This document shows, in pieces, positions 63,901 through 64,000 of a DNA stretch of 64,000 nt. A model generated the notes under the pieces. That model worked only from the letters and a program-made list of their open reading frames with translations. It had not been told where the DNA came from and did no database searches. Position 1 is the first letter of the stretch; every line of letters begins with the position of its first letter. The translations under genes and the position numbers were made by a program. Source of the DNA: Pecten maximus (Eukaryota). Location: positions 13,950,001 through 14,014,000 of the forward strand of contig NC_047032.1 of NCBI RefSeq assembly GCF_902652985.1, in the 5' to 3' direction.

Positions 63901-64000
63901 TTTATTTACCTAAATGGTTATTGGATAAGCTAGTAGTTTAGACTTTAAGTCTAAGCCCACGGATATATACAAATTAATAGAGATTGACAGAAGCCGTGAC

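Overview
AT-rich, intron-rich eukaryotic DNA; the repeat types and gene content suggest a bivalve mollusc (inference). Genes reconstructed by hand with phase-consistent GT-AG junctions: (1) the 5' part of PRPF3 on the minus strand, running off the left edge; (2) a complete 6-coding-exon BMP5-8/BMP7/gbb-type ligand gene (423 aa) whose mature domain has Gly in place of the interchain-disulfide Cys; (3) a 12-exon SLC6/NSS sodium-dependent transporter with prokaryote-like motifs (~564 aa); (4) two tandem rhodopsin-family peptide GPCR paralogs, the first with a 1-bp frameshift. Non-coding DNA holds large minisatellites, palindromic MITEs, SINE fragments and decayed LINEs. The most striking non-genic structure is a complete 420-bp miniature LTR element in BMP intron 2. 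It has two ~157-bp LTRs that each carry a tRNA-like Pol III cassette, a tRNA-Lys-like PBS, a PPT and a 4-bp TSD; a related solo-LTR nearby has its tRNA cassette amplified six times. Also notable: an intronic minisatellite built from ~30 tandem copies of the transporter's own splice acceptor and exon start, and a 59-bp satellite apparently derived from a SINE end.
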